NCBI GenBank assembly: GCA_963727775.1
Contig: CAVSHB010000003.1
Span: 352,001-416,000, forward strand
DNA length: 64,000 nucleotides
Direction of reading: 5' to 3'
Source of the DNA: an uncultured Nitrospiraceae bacterium
GTDB lineage: Bacteria > Nitrospirota > Thermodesulfovibrionia > Thermodesulfovibrionales > SM23-35
Numbering within the stretch: position 1 is the first letter of the stretch; each line of letters opens with the position of its first letter. Shown one piece after another: positions 9,876 through 20,489 of this stretch. A program made the translations under genes and the position numbers. Under the pieces are notes generated by a model. It saw only the letters and a list, made by a program, of their open reading frames with translations, did not search any database and was not told the DNA's origin.

Positions 9876-10529
9876 TTATTTTATTGTTGTCAGACCGTGC
9901 TGGAGGGCAAACTTGACCAAACCGGGAATATCTTTGATGTTGAGTTTTTCCATGAAGCGGCACCTGTATGTCTCAACAGTCTTGACGGACAGGGAAAGGA
10001 CGTCGGCAATCTCGGAGCTGGATTTCCCCTCAACCACAAGCTGCAATATCTCCCTTTCCCTTGAAGTGAGCCGTTCCAGGGGACTCTGGCCCGCCGCGGG
10101 CTCACGCTCACATATGTAATCGTCGATTATAGTTTCAGTAATATATTGCGATAAATATCGACGCCCTGCATATACGGTACGGACAGCGGTGATTACTTCA
10201 GCGCCGGCTGATTCTTTTAACAAATAGCCCTTAGCCCCTGCCTTAAACGCATGGAAGATATGCTCGTTGGACGCATACATCGAGAGAATAATGGTGCGTG
10301 TAGAATGGCAGTGGTCCCGGATCTGCCGGGTTGCATCAATGCCGTTGAGTTCCGGCATTGCGATATCCATAATTACTACATCGGGGCACAGGCGTTTTAC
10401 CTCATGCACAGCCTTGCGTCCGTCCGCTGCTTCGCCGACAACGGAAATGTCCTTCTGGGTCTCTAACAGTAATCGCAGTCCTTCCCGCACAACCGCATGG
10501 TCATCGGCAAGAAAAACTCTTATAGCCAT
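9876..10529 (-). CDS. NarL/LuxR-family response regulator
   Basis: REC domain (ADDH, MDIAMP) plus LuxR HTH (LTSREREIL...SVKTVETY). Confidence 0.93.
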   Translation of the reverse strand: MAIRVFLADDHAVVREGLRLLLETQKDISVVGEAADGRKAVHEVKRLCPDVVIMDIAMPELNGIDATRQIRDHCHSTRTIILSMYASNEHIFHAFKAGAKGYLLKESAGAEVITAVRTVYAGRRYLSQYITETIIDDYICEREPAAGQSPLERLTSREREILQLVVEGKSSSEIADVLSLSVKTVETYRCRFMEKLNIKDIPGLVKFALQHGLTTIK

Positions 10530-10533
10530 AGGT

Positions 10534-11953
10534 TCATCTCTTTATCTCAATTTCGAGCCTCGTCCCTTTTCCCGGCTCGGACTTAATAATCAATTTCCCA
10601 TCTATTGCCTTCGTCCTCTCCTGTATATTGAGCAGCCCCCATCCGGAGCGCTCACTTAATCTGTTAACAGCCGCCGGGTCAAAGCCCACTCCATTATCAG
10701 TGACGGTCAAATGCGCTTTACCGTTATTTTCATCCAGCCTTATGGTAACCTGTGTAGCACCGGCATGTTTAACTACATTGGTCAAAACCTCCTGAACGAT
10801 GCGGAATAAAGTTGTCTCTACCTCTGACGGCAGACGAGGCACCAATTCTTCACCTTGTATATTGATTTGCAGCCCCATTCGCCTCGAGAACTGTGCTCCA
10901 TACCATCGTAATACCGCAAGCAGCCCATAATCATCCAGAACAGAAGGCCGCAAGTCAGCCATTAAGTCCCGGACCCGCCTCATGGTTTCTTCCAATATGC
11001 TCAACATGTCGGTCAAAAGCGCCTCTATCTCGCCTGTCAGGCAGCCGGATAATTTATTGCGCAGCATATTCAGATTAATGCCGAGCGCAGTCAGGTTCTG
11101 GCCGATCTGATCATGCAGTTCCCTGGAAAATCTTTGACGGTCGGTCTCTTCCGCCTTTGAGAGTCGCTTGGTAAGCGCACTCGAGCTGATCTCTTGACCT
11201 TATGAGCGCCTCTTCCGCGTTCTTAAGGTCAGTGATGTCGCGCCCTACCGACTGAAATTCCACTATCTGTCCTTTTTCGTCGAATATGGCCCTGTTGGTC
11301 CACTGCTGCCACCGGATATCACCATTGGGCATAATTGCACGATGCTCCATTAGGGCAACAGGTTGCTCACGGGTCAAAACAGGAATGCGTTTCTTCAGCT
11401 CCTCTGCAGGCATAAAAGGTATAGAGGAATGCCCTATAAGTTCCTCGCAGGATTTCCCGACATAACGACAACAAACTTCATTAACATAGGTAATTGTTCC
11501 GTCGGGCATCCAGCGGCAGATCAGTTCAGTCTGATCTTCAACTATGGCGCGGTATTTTTCTTCTGATTTCCGCAGATGCCTTATTTCTATCGCACGTGCC
11601 ACCACAGGCCGTAGTATTTTCCAGTCCAGCGGTTTTGTTATATAATCAAATGCGCCGATCTTCATCGCCTCAACCGCGGTCTGGACTGTACCGTGCCCGG
11701 TTATGATAATGCATACCAGATGCCGGTCTTTCTTTAAGGCGGTCCTAAAAAGAGTGATGCCGTCTATTTCGGGCATCATAAGATCGGTAATGAGCAGGTC
11801 AAAATCCTGCTTGCTTAAGGCCTCTAATGCGTCTTTGGCCGACATAAATCGTATGACCTCATAGCCCGATTCCGTCAAGAAATCAGATAAAGGGGTTACG
11901 ACGTCAATTTCGTCATCAACAATCATTATTTTTTCTGAACGAATGTTATTCAT
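10534..11953 (-). pseudogene. Hybrid sensor kinase REC-PAS-HisKA_3-HATPase with a frameshift near 11183
   Basis: ORFs 11111-11953 and 10534-11067 join. The downstream frame reads SALTKRLSKAEETDRQRFSRELHDQIGQNL upstream of the track's start. Confidence 0.8.
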
Positions 11954-11965
11954 CTTTCAGGCAAC

Positions 11966-11990
11966 AGGCTATAGGCTATAGGCTATAGGC
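11966..11990. repeat. Short heptamer tandem (AGGCTAT)x3+
   Basis: aggctataggctataggctataggc. Confidence 0.7.
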
Positions 11991-12056
11991 GGGATGAAGG
12001 TCGTAACAGCAGATTTTTCGAAACGGATGGAGGAATTATTATACAAATCTTCTCCG

Positions 12057-13457
12057 TTAACCGGATGCTGATAAGGCTGTTTTTATTCCCCTGACAAGGA
12101 CCTCAACATCGCTGTCTCCCACTGTTCTTGCATCTATTATTAAGGAGTCTTCTTTTATTCTCGTGATAATAGGCGGACTGCCCTTTCTTAATCTCTCCTC
12201 AAGTTCATTAACGGATATCTTTGTAGTCCCTATAGATACCGCATAGGTAGGCAGATCTTCTTCCGGCAACGCCCCGCCGCCGGCCCTGGATGAATCCCCC
12301 ATGACATGAACGTCGAGACTCTTTATCTCTTTTCTCAGCCTTCGCGCTATTCTGTTCGCCTGTTTTTTTATCTCTTCAGGCCTCTGCAACAACATCCGGA
12401 GCGTCGGAATGTTTTTAACGGCCTTTTCTTCGTCAATGTATTCCATGAGTGTCGCTTCAAAACCGGCGAGTGTCAGCTTGTCTATTCTCATGGCTCTTGT
12501 CATCGGGTTTTTCTGGATCCTTTCGATGTATTTTCTTTTCCCTACGATAACCCCTCCCTGCGGCCCTCCAAGGAGTTTGTCGCCGCTGAAGGTTGTCAGA
12601 TCAACCTCTGAATTCACGATATCTTTTACTACCGGTTCATTGTGAATGCCGAACGGCTTCAAATCAATAAGACATCCGCTGCCGAGATCGAACATCACCG
12701 GCAGGTGATGTTTTTGTCCGAGTGTAACGAGGTCCTGCGTGTATACTTCGTCGGTAAATCCGACAATCTTATAATTGGATTTATGGATCTTCAGAATAAG
12801 CGAGGTGTTTTCATTTATCGCTTTTTCATAGTCGTACAGATGTGTCTTATTCGTTGTGCCTACTTCGCGGAGTACGGCGCCGCTTGCCGCCATGACATCG
12901 GGCAATCTGAAAGATCCTCCTATTTCAACAAGTTCACCCCTTGAAACAATGACCTCTTTGCCCTTTGATAATGTGTTAAGGCAGAGCAGCACTGCTGCAG
13001 CATTGTTGTTCACAACGAGCGCATCTTCAGCATTCGTTACTTCCCTTAGAATCCTCTTGATATGGGTATATCTTTTCCCGCGTTTCCCTTTGTCAATGTC
13101 GTATTCAAGGTTGGAATAACTTTCTGAAACCCGTCTGATATTTTCGAGCGCCCGTTCAGAGAGGATAGACCGCCCAAGGTTTGTATGGATTACGACGCCT
13201 GTCGCATTGATCAAAGGCTTCAGGCTGTAAGAAGAAAGTCTTTGAATTATACGCTCGATATCGGCCATCATAATATCTTCTGAGAGATCGGTGGAAAGAC
13301 CTTCGAGGATCTCTCTCCTCCTGCGGTCGATCCCATCTCTTATGGCCTGTATGACATACCTTCTTTGATAGGTATTGAGCCATTCGGCGCCTCGCCGGCT
13401 CTTCAGTAATTCATCGACTGAGGGAAGATTAGAGAGCAGTTTCTGTTTTTCGTCCAT
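12057..13457 (-). CDS. selA: L-seryl-tRNA(Sec) selenium transferase
   Basis: INATGVVIHTNLGR, VSRGELVEIGGSFR, FSGDKLLGGPQ (PLP lysine). Confidence 0.96.
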   Translation of the reverse strand: MDEKQKLLSNLPSVDELLKSRRGAEWLNTYQRRYVIQAIRDGIDRRRREILEGLSTDLSEDIMMADIERIIQRLSSYSLKPLINATGVVIHTNLGRSILSERALENIRRVSESYSNLEYDIDKGKRGKRYTHIKRILREVTNAEDALVVNNNAAAVLLCLNTLSKGKEVIVSRGELVEIGGSFRLPDVMAASGAVLREVGTTNKTHLYDYEKAINENTSLILKIHKSNYKIVGFTDEVYTQDLVTLGQKHHLPVMFDLGSGCLIDLKPFGIHNEPVVKDIVNSEVDLTTFSGDKLLGGPQGGVIVGKRKYIERIQKNPMTRAMRIDKLTLAGFEATLMEYIDEEKAVKNIPTLRMLLQRPEEIKKQANRIARRLRKEIKSLDVHVMGDSSRAGGGALPEEDLPTYAVSIGTTKISVNELEERLRKGSPPIITRIKEDSLIIDARTVGDSDVEVLVRGIKTALSASG

Positions 13458-13528
13458 CTATTTTTCTACCACAGAATGAAAATAAGGTCAATGCATTTTC
13501 TCCTACCCCACTTAATTCACACAATTGT

Positions 13529-13643
13529 GATTACCGGCAGATATAGTATTTGCGCGGTTTTAAATTCTTTCTTTGAAAGAATTTACCTCGGAGTCCGCCA
13601 CGGCGGACGAGAATGAGCGCAAGTACTATATCTGTCGGTAATC
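13529..13643. repeat. Structured dispersed repeat, copy 3
   Basis: Same core with a 27-bp outer stem (two G.T pairs); both inner hairpins differ from copies 1 and 2. Confidence 0.88.
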
Positions 13644-13708
13644 CTTAATTATTATACACGGGAGTATAGAATCATTGAAGATTAGATATATGTTAAACTA
13701 ATTTAATC

Positions 13709-15109
13709 ATGTTCCACGACATCCACGAAGAATGCGGCGTATTCGGGATATATGGACATCCCGAGGCGGCGAACCTCACCTATCTCGGGCTTTATGCCTT
13801 GCAGCACAGGGGCCAGGAAGGCGCGGGCATCTGTTCATCCGATGGGAGACAGGTCTTTCTTGAGAAATCCATGGGACTTATTGCCGATGTCTTCAGCGAA
13901 AAAAGGCTGAAACGTTTGCCGGGCTATATCGCCATAGGCCACAACAGATATTCCACGGCCGGCACCAGTGTGTTGAAAAACGTTCAGCCCCTCGTTGCGA
14001 ATTTCGCTCTCGGCACACTTGCGATAGCGCACAACGGAAATCTCGTCAGCGCAGTAGATCTCAGGGCCTCACTTGAAGAAGAAGGCGCAATATTCCAGTC
14101 CTCATCGGACAGTGAAGTTATAGTGCATCTTATCGCCCATTCAAAAGGTAACGAATTCTGTGAAAGAGTGGCCCATGCGGTCTCACAGATAAGCGGTTCC
14201 TTCAGCCTTCTTATAATGAGAGAAAAAGAACTTATCGCAATTAGAGACCCTTACGGCGTAAGGCCTCTCAGCCTCGGCATGAAAGACGGTGCATATGTCG
14301 TGGCTTCCGAGACATGCTCGTTCGACCTCATCGGGGCCACGTATATACGCGACGTGGAGCCGGGTGAAGTCCTTATCATAAACGAGCAGGGGCTCGAATC
14401 TCTCAAGATATTCAACAGCCAGAGGAAGGCATTCTGTGTATTCGAATTTATTTATTTTTCGAGGCCCGACAGCAACATCTTCGGTGGGGTGAATGTCAAT
14501 GAGATGAGGAAAGAATTCGGCAGGCAACTCGCACGGGAGTCCTTTACAGATGCCGATCTTGTCATACCTGTTCCTGATTCCGGAGTTCCGGCAGCGATAG
14601 GTTTTTCGGAGGAAAGCGGGATCCCTTTTGATTTTGGCCTCATCAGGAACCATTACGTCGGAAGGACTTTTATAGAACCGAAACACAGCATAAGACATTT
14701 CGGCGTCAAGATCAAACTTAATCCCGTAAGAAAGCTCCTTGAAGGTAAAAGACTGATTGTAATAGACGATTCGATTGTCAGAGGTACAACAAGCAAAAAG
14801 ATCGTCAAGATGCTGAGAGAAGGTGGAGGCGCCAGGGAAGTGCATTTAAAAATTAGCTCGCCGCCGACCATCGGTCCCTGCTTTTACGGGATAGACACTC
14901 CTACAAGGCGAGAACTTATAGCCTCAACTCATCTCATCGACGAGATCAAGAAATATGTCACCGCCGATTCCCTGTCTTATCTCAGCCTTGAAGGTCTTAA
15001 AAAAATAGTCCCGGAATCCCATAATTACTGCACCGCCTGTTTTGATTGCAACTATCCTATAAGCTTTCCGGGCGCGCACCTCAAACAGATGGAATTTTTG
15101 TTCAGGTAG
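13709..15109 (+). CDS. purF: Amidophosphoribosyltransferase
   Basis: [29 protein letters not shown]. Confidence 0.97.
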   Translation: MFHDIHEECGVFGIYGHPEAANLTYLGLYALQHRGQEGAGICSSDGRQVFLEKSMGLIADVFSEKRLKRLPGYIAIGHNRYSTAGTSVLKNVQPLVANFALGTLAIAHNGNLVSAVDLRASLEEEGAIFQSSSDSEVIVHLIAHSKGNEFCERVAHAVSQISGSFSLLIMREKELIAIRDPYGVRPLSLGMKDGAYVVASETCSFDLIGATYIRDVEPGEVLIINEQGLESLKIFNSQRKAFCVFEFIYFSRPDSNIFGGVNVNEMRKEFGRQLARESFTDADLVIPVPDSGVPAAIGFSEESGIPFDFGLIRNHYVGRTFIEPKHSIRHFGVKIKLNPVRKLLEGKRLIVIDDSIVRGTTSKKIVKMLREGGGAREVHLKISSPPTIGPCFYGIDTPTRRELIASTHLIDEIKKYVTADSLSYLSLEGLKKIVPESHNYCTACFDCNYPISFPGAHLKQMEFLFR

Positions 15110-15122
15110 AAAAATCAAAAAC

Positions 15123-16250
15123 TTGGTGACCTGCGCATTAAGAGACATTTTCACGATTAACCTCGGAGTACAAAGACATGAGAAAGTCCTTCTGTTTGGT
15201 GACAGGGTTTCCCAAAGGGAGCATGTAAATGAAACCGACAGAGAAAGAAGGACCAAGCTCAGATGCGTTGCCATGCTTGCGGCTGAAATAGGTCGAAGTC
15301 TCTGCAAAGAAATCCTTTATTTCGAATATCCGGCTACCGGCTCTCACGGTGCGGAACCTCCGGTGGAACTGTGGAAGCTTGCATTCGGGGAAAAAGCAAT
15401 AGAAACTTTAAAGGCAGAGCGGCTTCTTATGCCTATTCTCAGAAAAAGTACAAAAGATGAGGATATCGATAGGGCGGAAGGCGTAATTGAAAAACATAAA
15501 AAAAATGCCGTGGATTGTGTTATTGCACTCTCAAACTATTCCACAAGTCATACAAGGTTCAGGGATTTCCTGACAAAGATTTGCGGGAGCAGATATGCGA
15601 GCATGCCTTTATTCGATATATCCATGCTTGAGGGCGCCATGAACATTGACTGGAAGGCCCTCGCTAAAAGGACAACGGCGATGGCAAGAATAATAAACAA
15701 AGCTGAATGCTTTGAGATTAAAACGCCTAACGGCACGCATCTTTCTTTCTCGAAGAAAGGGAGAAAGGCTTTAGCGGATACGGGTCTACTGACAAAACCG
15801 GGATCTTTCAGCAATCTGCCTGCTGGCGAGGTTTTCCTTGCACCCGTTGAAGGTACGGCCCACGGGAGACTTGTTCTGGAATGGGCCCCGATGAGACACC
15901 TTGATTCTCCAGCAACTCTAACGATCAAAAATGGCAGTGTTGCGAATATCTCCGGGAAGGATGAGTACGCTGAAACCCTAAGAATGAAACTCGCGGAGAG
16001 AAAAGAAAATGGAAATATTGCCGAGCTTGGCATCGGAACGAATAACGCGGCAAAAAGGCCTGACAATATCCTCGAATCGGAAAAAATACTCGGTACAATC
16101 CACGTAGCCCTGGGTGATAACAGTTCATTCGGAGGGAAGGTCCAAACCCCTTTTCATCAGGATTTTGTATTTTTTAAACCGACGGTAACCTTGATCCATA
16201 AAGACGGCAGCAGAAAAGACATTCTGAAGACCGGAAAATTGCTCTGTTAG
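15123..16250 (+). CDS. Aminopeptidase, thermophilic metalloprotease (M29-like)
   Basis: NLPAGEVF, IAELGIGTN, ESEKILGTIHVALGDN, HQD. Confidence 0.8.
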   Translation: MVTCALRDIFTINLGVQRHEKVLLFGDRVSQREHVNETDRERRTKLRCVAMLAAEIGRSLCKEILYFEYPATGSHGAEPPVELWKLAFGEKAIETLKAERLLMPILRKSTKDEDIDRAEGVIEKHKKNAVDCVIALSNYSTSHTRFRDFLTKICGSRYASMPLFDISMLEGAMNIDWKALAKRTTAMARIINKAECFEIKTPNGTHLSFSKKGRKALADTGLLTKPGSFSNLPAGEVFLAPVEGTAHGRLVLEWAPMRHLDSPATLTIKNGSVANISGKDEYAETLRMKLAERKENGNIAELGIGTNNAAKRPDNILESEKILGTIHVALGDNSSFGGKVQTPFHQDFVFFKPTVTLIHKDGSRKDILKTGKLLC

Positions 16251-16286
16251 TAAAATTGTGCAGACATTTAAGGAATAATTATTGAT

Positions 16287-18164
16287 ATGCGTTATATAAT
16301 CCTTGGAACCGCAGGCCACATCGATCACGGCAAGAGTGCGCTTGTTAAAGCGCTGACCGGCATAGACCCCGACAGACTGAAAGAGGAGAAAGAGCGGGGC
16401 ATCACTATTGATCTCGGGTTTGCAGACCTTCATTATCCCGAGGGTCTTACTGTGGGTATAGTTGACGTACCCGGACATGAAAGGCTTGTTAAGAACATGC
16501 TCGCGGGCGCCGGAGGGATCGATCTTGTTCTCCTTGTCATTGCGGCGGATGAAGGGATCATGCCGCAGAGCCGTGAGCATCTTCATATCTGCAACCTTCT
16601 CAAGATTAAATCCGGTCTTATAGCAATCACAAAGGCAGATCTTGTTGACGGGGAATGGCTTCAGCTTGTTGAAGATGATGTAAAAAATTTTGTCAAAGGC
16701 AGTTTCCTTGAAAGGACTGCCATTGTCCCGGTATCATCAAAAACAATGCTTAATATCGACCTCCTGAAAGAAAAGATCAGAGAAGCGGCTTTAAACGTAG
16801 AACCAAAACCGACGAAAGGGCTTTTCAGACTTCCTATCGACAGGGTTTTTACTTTAAAAGGGTTTGGGACCGTAGTCACGGGGACTGCAATTTCGGGGAG
16901 CATATCCATTGACGACGACGTGGAAATCCTCCCGAGCAACATAAAAAGTAAGGTCCGCGGTCTCCACAGCCACGGCAAACCGATACAGACGGCATATGCA
17001 GGCCAGAGGGTTGCGATAAACCTTCAGGGGATAGATAAAGATGAATTAAACCGAGGAGATTCCGTTGTCGTACCTGAAAAGTTAACACCGACAAAAAAGA
17101 TCGACGCCAACATAGAAATGCTTGAGGATACGCCGGTTCTTAAAAGTAAAAGTCTTGTCCATTTTCACCTCGGCACATCCGAGACCGTGGCCCGGATAAT
17201 CCTTTACGGACGGAACGAGATCAAGGCCGGTGAGCATTGCTACTGCCAGTTCAGGCTTAAGGAGCCGGTTATTGCCATGGCAGGGGACAGATATATCATA
17301 AGAAGGTTTTCCCCGGTTGTGACCATAGGCGGCGGAGAGGTGCTCGATCCATTGTCGTTCAGAAGGAGTTTTAAAGAAGGCACGTCTGATTTAAGTATAT
17401 TTGAAGCGGGCACTCCACCTGAAAAGATAGCCATGAAGGTGCAAAAATCCGGAATACAGGGGATTAAAATCTCATTGATTGAGGGATGGATGAAGGCAGA
17501 GCTTACCTCGATAAAAGATTCAATAAAAAGCCTGAAAGAAAAAAGCATACTCGCACAATTCGAAGATGTCCTCATTCATAACAGCGCATTAATTTCTTTT
17601 CAGGAGACCGTTAAAAACATTATGAATGATTTTCATAAAAAAAACCCTCTGAAGCCCGGAATGTCTAAAGAGGAGCTAAGGGCCAATTTCAAAATTGACC
17701 CGCGGCTTTTCGGTAATCTGATAACTTCACTGAAAGATATTGTCATCGAAAAGGAGCTTGTCCGTCTTTCATCTTTTAGAATAGCTTTGTCACAGGTGGA
17801 TGAGACAGTAAAGACAAGAATCCTCGAGCTCCTTGAAAAAAGCGGATTTCAGCCCCCGACAAAAGAAGAACTGGCACAGTCTTTAAACATGGATGTAAAG
17901 CGTTTTTCGGATATCCTGAAACTGATGTCCAAAGAAGGTAGTCTTGTAAGGATCAGCGACTCGACGCACATAACAGCTTCCACATATAAAATGATAATCG
18001 ATAACCTGAAGAACTTTTTCAGTAAAAAACCCGAAATGACCGTTGCAGAGTTCAGGAACGTCCTCGGCACTTCAAGGAAGTATGCCCTGCCCTTTCTCGA
18101 ATACCTGGACTCGAATAAGATTACTATGAGAGTGGGAGATGTAAGAAAGTTCCTGCTGAAGTAA
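16287..18164 (+). CDS. selB: Selenocysteine-specific elongation factor
   Basis: [21 protein letters not shown]-terminal winged helix [13 protein letters not shown]. Confidence 0.96.
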   Translation: MRYIILGTAGHIDHGKSALVKALTGIDPDRLKEEKERGITIDLGFADLHYPEGLTVGIVDVPGHERLVKNMLAGAGGIDLVLLVIAADEGIMPQSREHLHICNLLKIKSGLIAITKADLVDGEWLQLVEDDVKNFVKGSFLERTAIVPVSSKTMLNIDLLKEKIREAALNVEPKPTKGLFRLPIDRVFTLKGFGTVVTGTAISGSISIDDDVEILPSNIKSKVRGLHSHGKPIQTAYAGQRVAINLQGIDKDELNRGDSVVVPEKLTPTKKIDANIEMLEDTPVLKSKSLVHFHLGTSETVARIILYGRNEIKAGEHCYCQFRLKEPVIAMAGDRYIIRRFSPVVTIGGGEVLDPLSFRRSFKEGTSDLSIFEAGTPPEKIAMKVQKSGIQGIKISLIEGWMKAELTSIKDSIKSLKEKSILAQFEDVLIHNSALISFQETVKNIMNDFHKKNPLKPGMSKEELRANFKIDPRLFGNLITSLKDIVIEKELVRLSSFRIALSQVDETVKTRILELLEKSGFQPPTKEELAQSLNMDVKRFSDILKLMSKEGSLVRISDSTHITASTYKMIIDNLKNFFSKKPEMTVAEFRNVLGTSRKYALPFLEYLDSNKITMRVGDVRKFLLK

Positions 18165-18165
18165 G

Positions 18166-18639
18166 CTATTCAATACGCTTCAGCAAACACACTGCTTGAG
18201 CCGCAATGCCTTCGCCGCGGCCTATAAATCCCATCCCTTCGTTTGTCTTTGTTTTTATATTGATCTTTCCGGAAAAAATTCCCCATTGTGATAGCGCCTC
18301 CTTCATGGATTCTATGTACGGAGACAGCTTAGGCTCCTCGGCTATGATGGTTGCGTCTATCCATGACACCTCATACCCGCTTGCCCCTGCAAGTCCGACA
18401 ATATATTTCAGGAGTTCAACACTTGATGCGTCCTTCCATTTCGGGTCTGTGTCGGGGAAATGGACGCCGATATCGCCGATTCCGAGCGCACCGATAATAG
18501 AGTCTATAATCGCGTGGCATAAGACATCCGCATCAGAATGACCGAGGAGCCCCTTTTCAAACGGGATGTTTACCCCGCCGATTATCAGCTTCCTACCCGA
18601 AGCAAGCTTATGAGAATCATAACCAATGCCTATACGCAT
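18166..18639 (-). CDS. ispF: 2-C-methyl-D-erythritol 2,4-cyclodiphosphate synthase
   Basis: MRIGIGYDSH, GHSDADV, GDIGVHFP. Start ATG 18639. Confidence 0.95.
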   Translation of the reverse strand: MRIGIGYDSHKLASGRKLIIGGVNIPFEKGLLGHSDADVLCHAIIDSIIGALGIGDIGVHFPDTDPKWKDASSVELLKYIVGLAGASGYEVSWIDATIIAEEPKLSPYIESMKEALSQWGIFSGKINIKTKTNEGMGFIGRGEGIAAQAVCLLKRIE

Positions 18640-19382
18640 AGCTTTAACAATGCTTCGGCAATACAAATATCTTCGGGAGTTGTGATCTTGAGATTCAAGT
18701 ATGAACCCATCACAACCTTTATCTTCCCGCCATATCTTTCTATAAGCGCCGCATCATCTGTTGAGTAAAACCCTTCATTCATCGCCTTATCATATGCCGC
18801 GGCAATACTCCCGTACAGGAAAACCTGCGGTGTCTGGATAGCCCAGAGAGAACTTCTTTTAAGGGTCCTTTTTATAATTCCGTCTTCCGTCTCTTTTATC
18901 GTATCTTTCACCGGGACTGCAAGGACCACCCCGTCGACCCTGTTTAACTTTCCCTCAATATCCGTGTCTGAAGACAAGGCATGGGGGGACAGCATTTCTT
19001 TTATCGCATTTTCAATAAGAACTTTCTCAATAAGAGGTCTCACTCCATCATGTATAAGCACCAGACAATTTTTGTCCTCTATAAGCTTAAGCCCGTTATA
19101 TACTGAATCCTGGCGTTCTCTGCCGCCGGGTGCTATCCTTTGTATCTTGGAAAGCCCGAACTCTTCAATAATCTTCTGCCCCGGCTCCATATCTTCCGGT
19201 TTAAGAACAGGAATTATTTCCGTTATTTCAGAAACACCCTGCAATGCCTGCAAAGATAATGTAATAAGAGGTTTACCGCCAAGTGTTTGAAACGGTTTGT
19301 TGGTTCCCGGGCCAAATCTCTTGCCCAGCCCGGCAGCCGGTAAGATCGCAATGACCTTCACTTTTTTCCGGAGCTGTTTCAT
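18630..19382 (-). CDS. ispD: 2-C-methyl-D-erythritol 4-phosphate cytidylyltransferase
   Basis: PAAGLGKR, RQDSV, LIHDGVRP, QTPQ, KITTPED. Confidence 0.95.
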   Translation of the reverse strand: MKQLRKKVKVIAILPAAGLGKRFGPGTNKPFQTLGGKPLITLSLQALQGVSEITEIIPVLKPEDMEPGQKIIEEFGLSKIQRIAPGGRERQDSVYNGLKLIEDKNCLVLIHDGVRPLIEKVLIENAIKEMLSPHALSSDTDIEGKLNRVDGVVLAVPVKDTIKETEDGIIKRTLKRSSLWAIQTPQVFLYGSIAAAYDKAMNEGFYSTDDAALIERYGGKIKVVMGSYLNLKITTPEDICIAEALLKLCV

Positions 19383-20387
19383 TTACTTTGCCGCCTTCAA
19401 CTCGTCCCTGTCATAATCTTCTTTGAGCTTCGAGAATATCATCCTGCCTGCGGTTGTCTGCAGCACGCTTGTAACAGTCACATCCGTATTTTTTCCTATG
19501 AATCTCCTTGCATTTTCTACAACGACCATAGTCCCGTCATCAAGGTACGCAATCCCCTGATTGTACTCTTTTCCTTCCTTCAGTACAAAAACCTTCATTG
19601 CCTCACCGGGGAGTACAACAGGCTTCAGGGAATTAGCCAGCTCATTTATATTAAGGACCGATACACCCTGAAGTTCTGCGACCTTATTCAGGTTAAAATC
19701 ATTCGTAACAACTTTTGCGTTCATGAGTTTTGCCAATGCAACAAGTTTTGCATCGACCTCTTTTATCTTTGGAAAATCCTCATCAACAATCCTCACTGTT
19801 ATGCGGGACATCTTCTGAATCTTATGAAGGATATCAAGCCCCCGTCTCCCTCTTGCCCGTTTCATCGAATCGGCGGCATCTGCAATGTGCTGCAACTCCT
19901 GAAGGATAAACTGGGGAAGAATAAAAACCCCTTCGAGGAATCCGGTCTCACAAACATCCGCGATCCGTCCGTCTATGATTACGCTTGTATCGAGAATTTT
20001 AAGATGCTCTTCCATCCCCTGACCTTGAAAGAGCCTGAAAATGCCGGCAACAGATAATGATTTGCCCCTGCCCAGGCCGAGCAATAACCCGCCGTAGCCG
20101 AATACCGCCATTAATCCGAAAGATACTGCTTTAACGTCTTCACCAAGATATAGCCATAAGGGGAGCATAAGAAGGTATGCAAATAAAAGCCCGCAGGAAA
20201 TTCCCAATAACCCGCCGATGATTGTACCGAGTTCTATCTTCTTAAATTTTATTTCTGCAGCGATCGCAATAAGACCCAAAGCCGCGCCGGCCAAAACACC
20301 GTATATCATGTAATTATATTTAATGCCGATCATATAACCTGAAAAAGCAAAAAGGATTAAAACAATAAGCCTGTAAACAATAAACAT
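19383..20387 (-). CDS. Membrane PIN/TRAM domain protein (YacL-like)
   Basis: N-terminal TM helices, LDTSVIIDGRI, TNDFNLNK, YLDDGTMVVV, QTTAGRMIF. Confidence 0.9.
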   Translation of the reverse strand: MFIVYRLIVLILFAFSGYMIGIKYNYMIYGVLAGAALGLIAIAAEIKFKKIELGTIIGGLLGISCGLLFAYLLMLPLWLYLGEDVKAVSFGLMAVFGYGGLLLGLGRGKSLSVAGIFRLFQGQGMEEHLKILDTSVIIDGRIADVCETGFLEGVFILPQFILQELQHIADAADSMKRARGRRGLDILHKIQKMSRITVRIVDEDFPKIKEVDAKLVALAKLMNAKVVTNDFNLNKVAELQGVSVLNINELANSLKPVVLPGEAMKVFVLKEGKEYNQGIAYLDDGTMVVVENARRFIGKNTDVTVTSVLQTTAGRMIFSKLKEDYDRDELKAAK

Positions 20388-20489
20388 TTTTCAACACCTC
20401 CTTTCCTATAATTTTCAAGAGTAATAAGAGCGGGTATGATGATCGCTGAAGATTAGAGGGACAACCGAACCTAATACATTGATTTGTCT

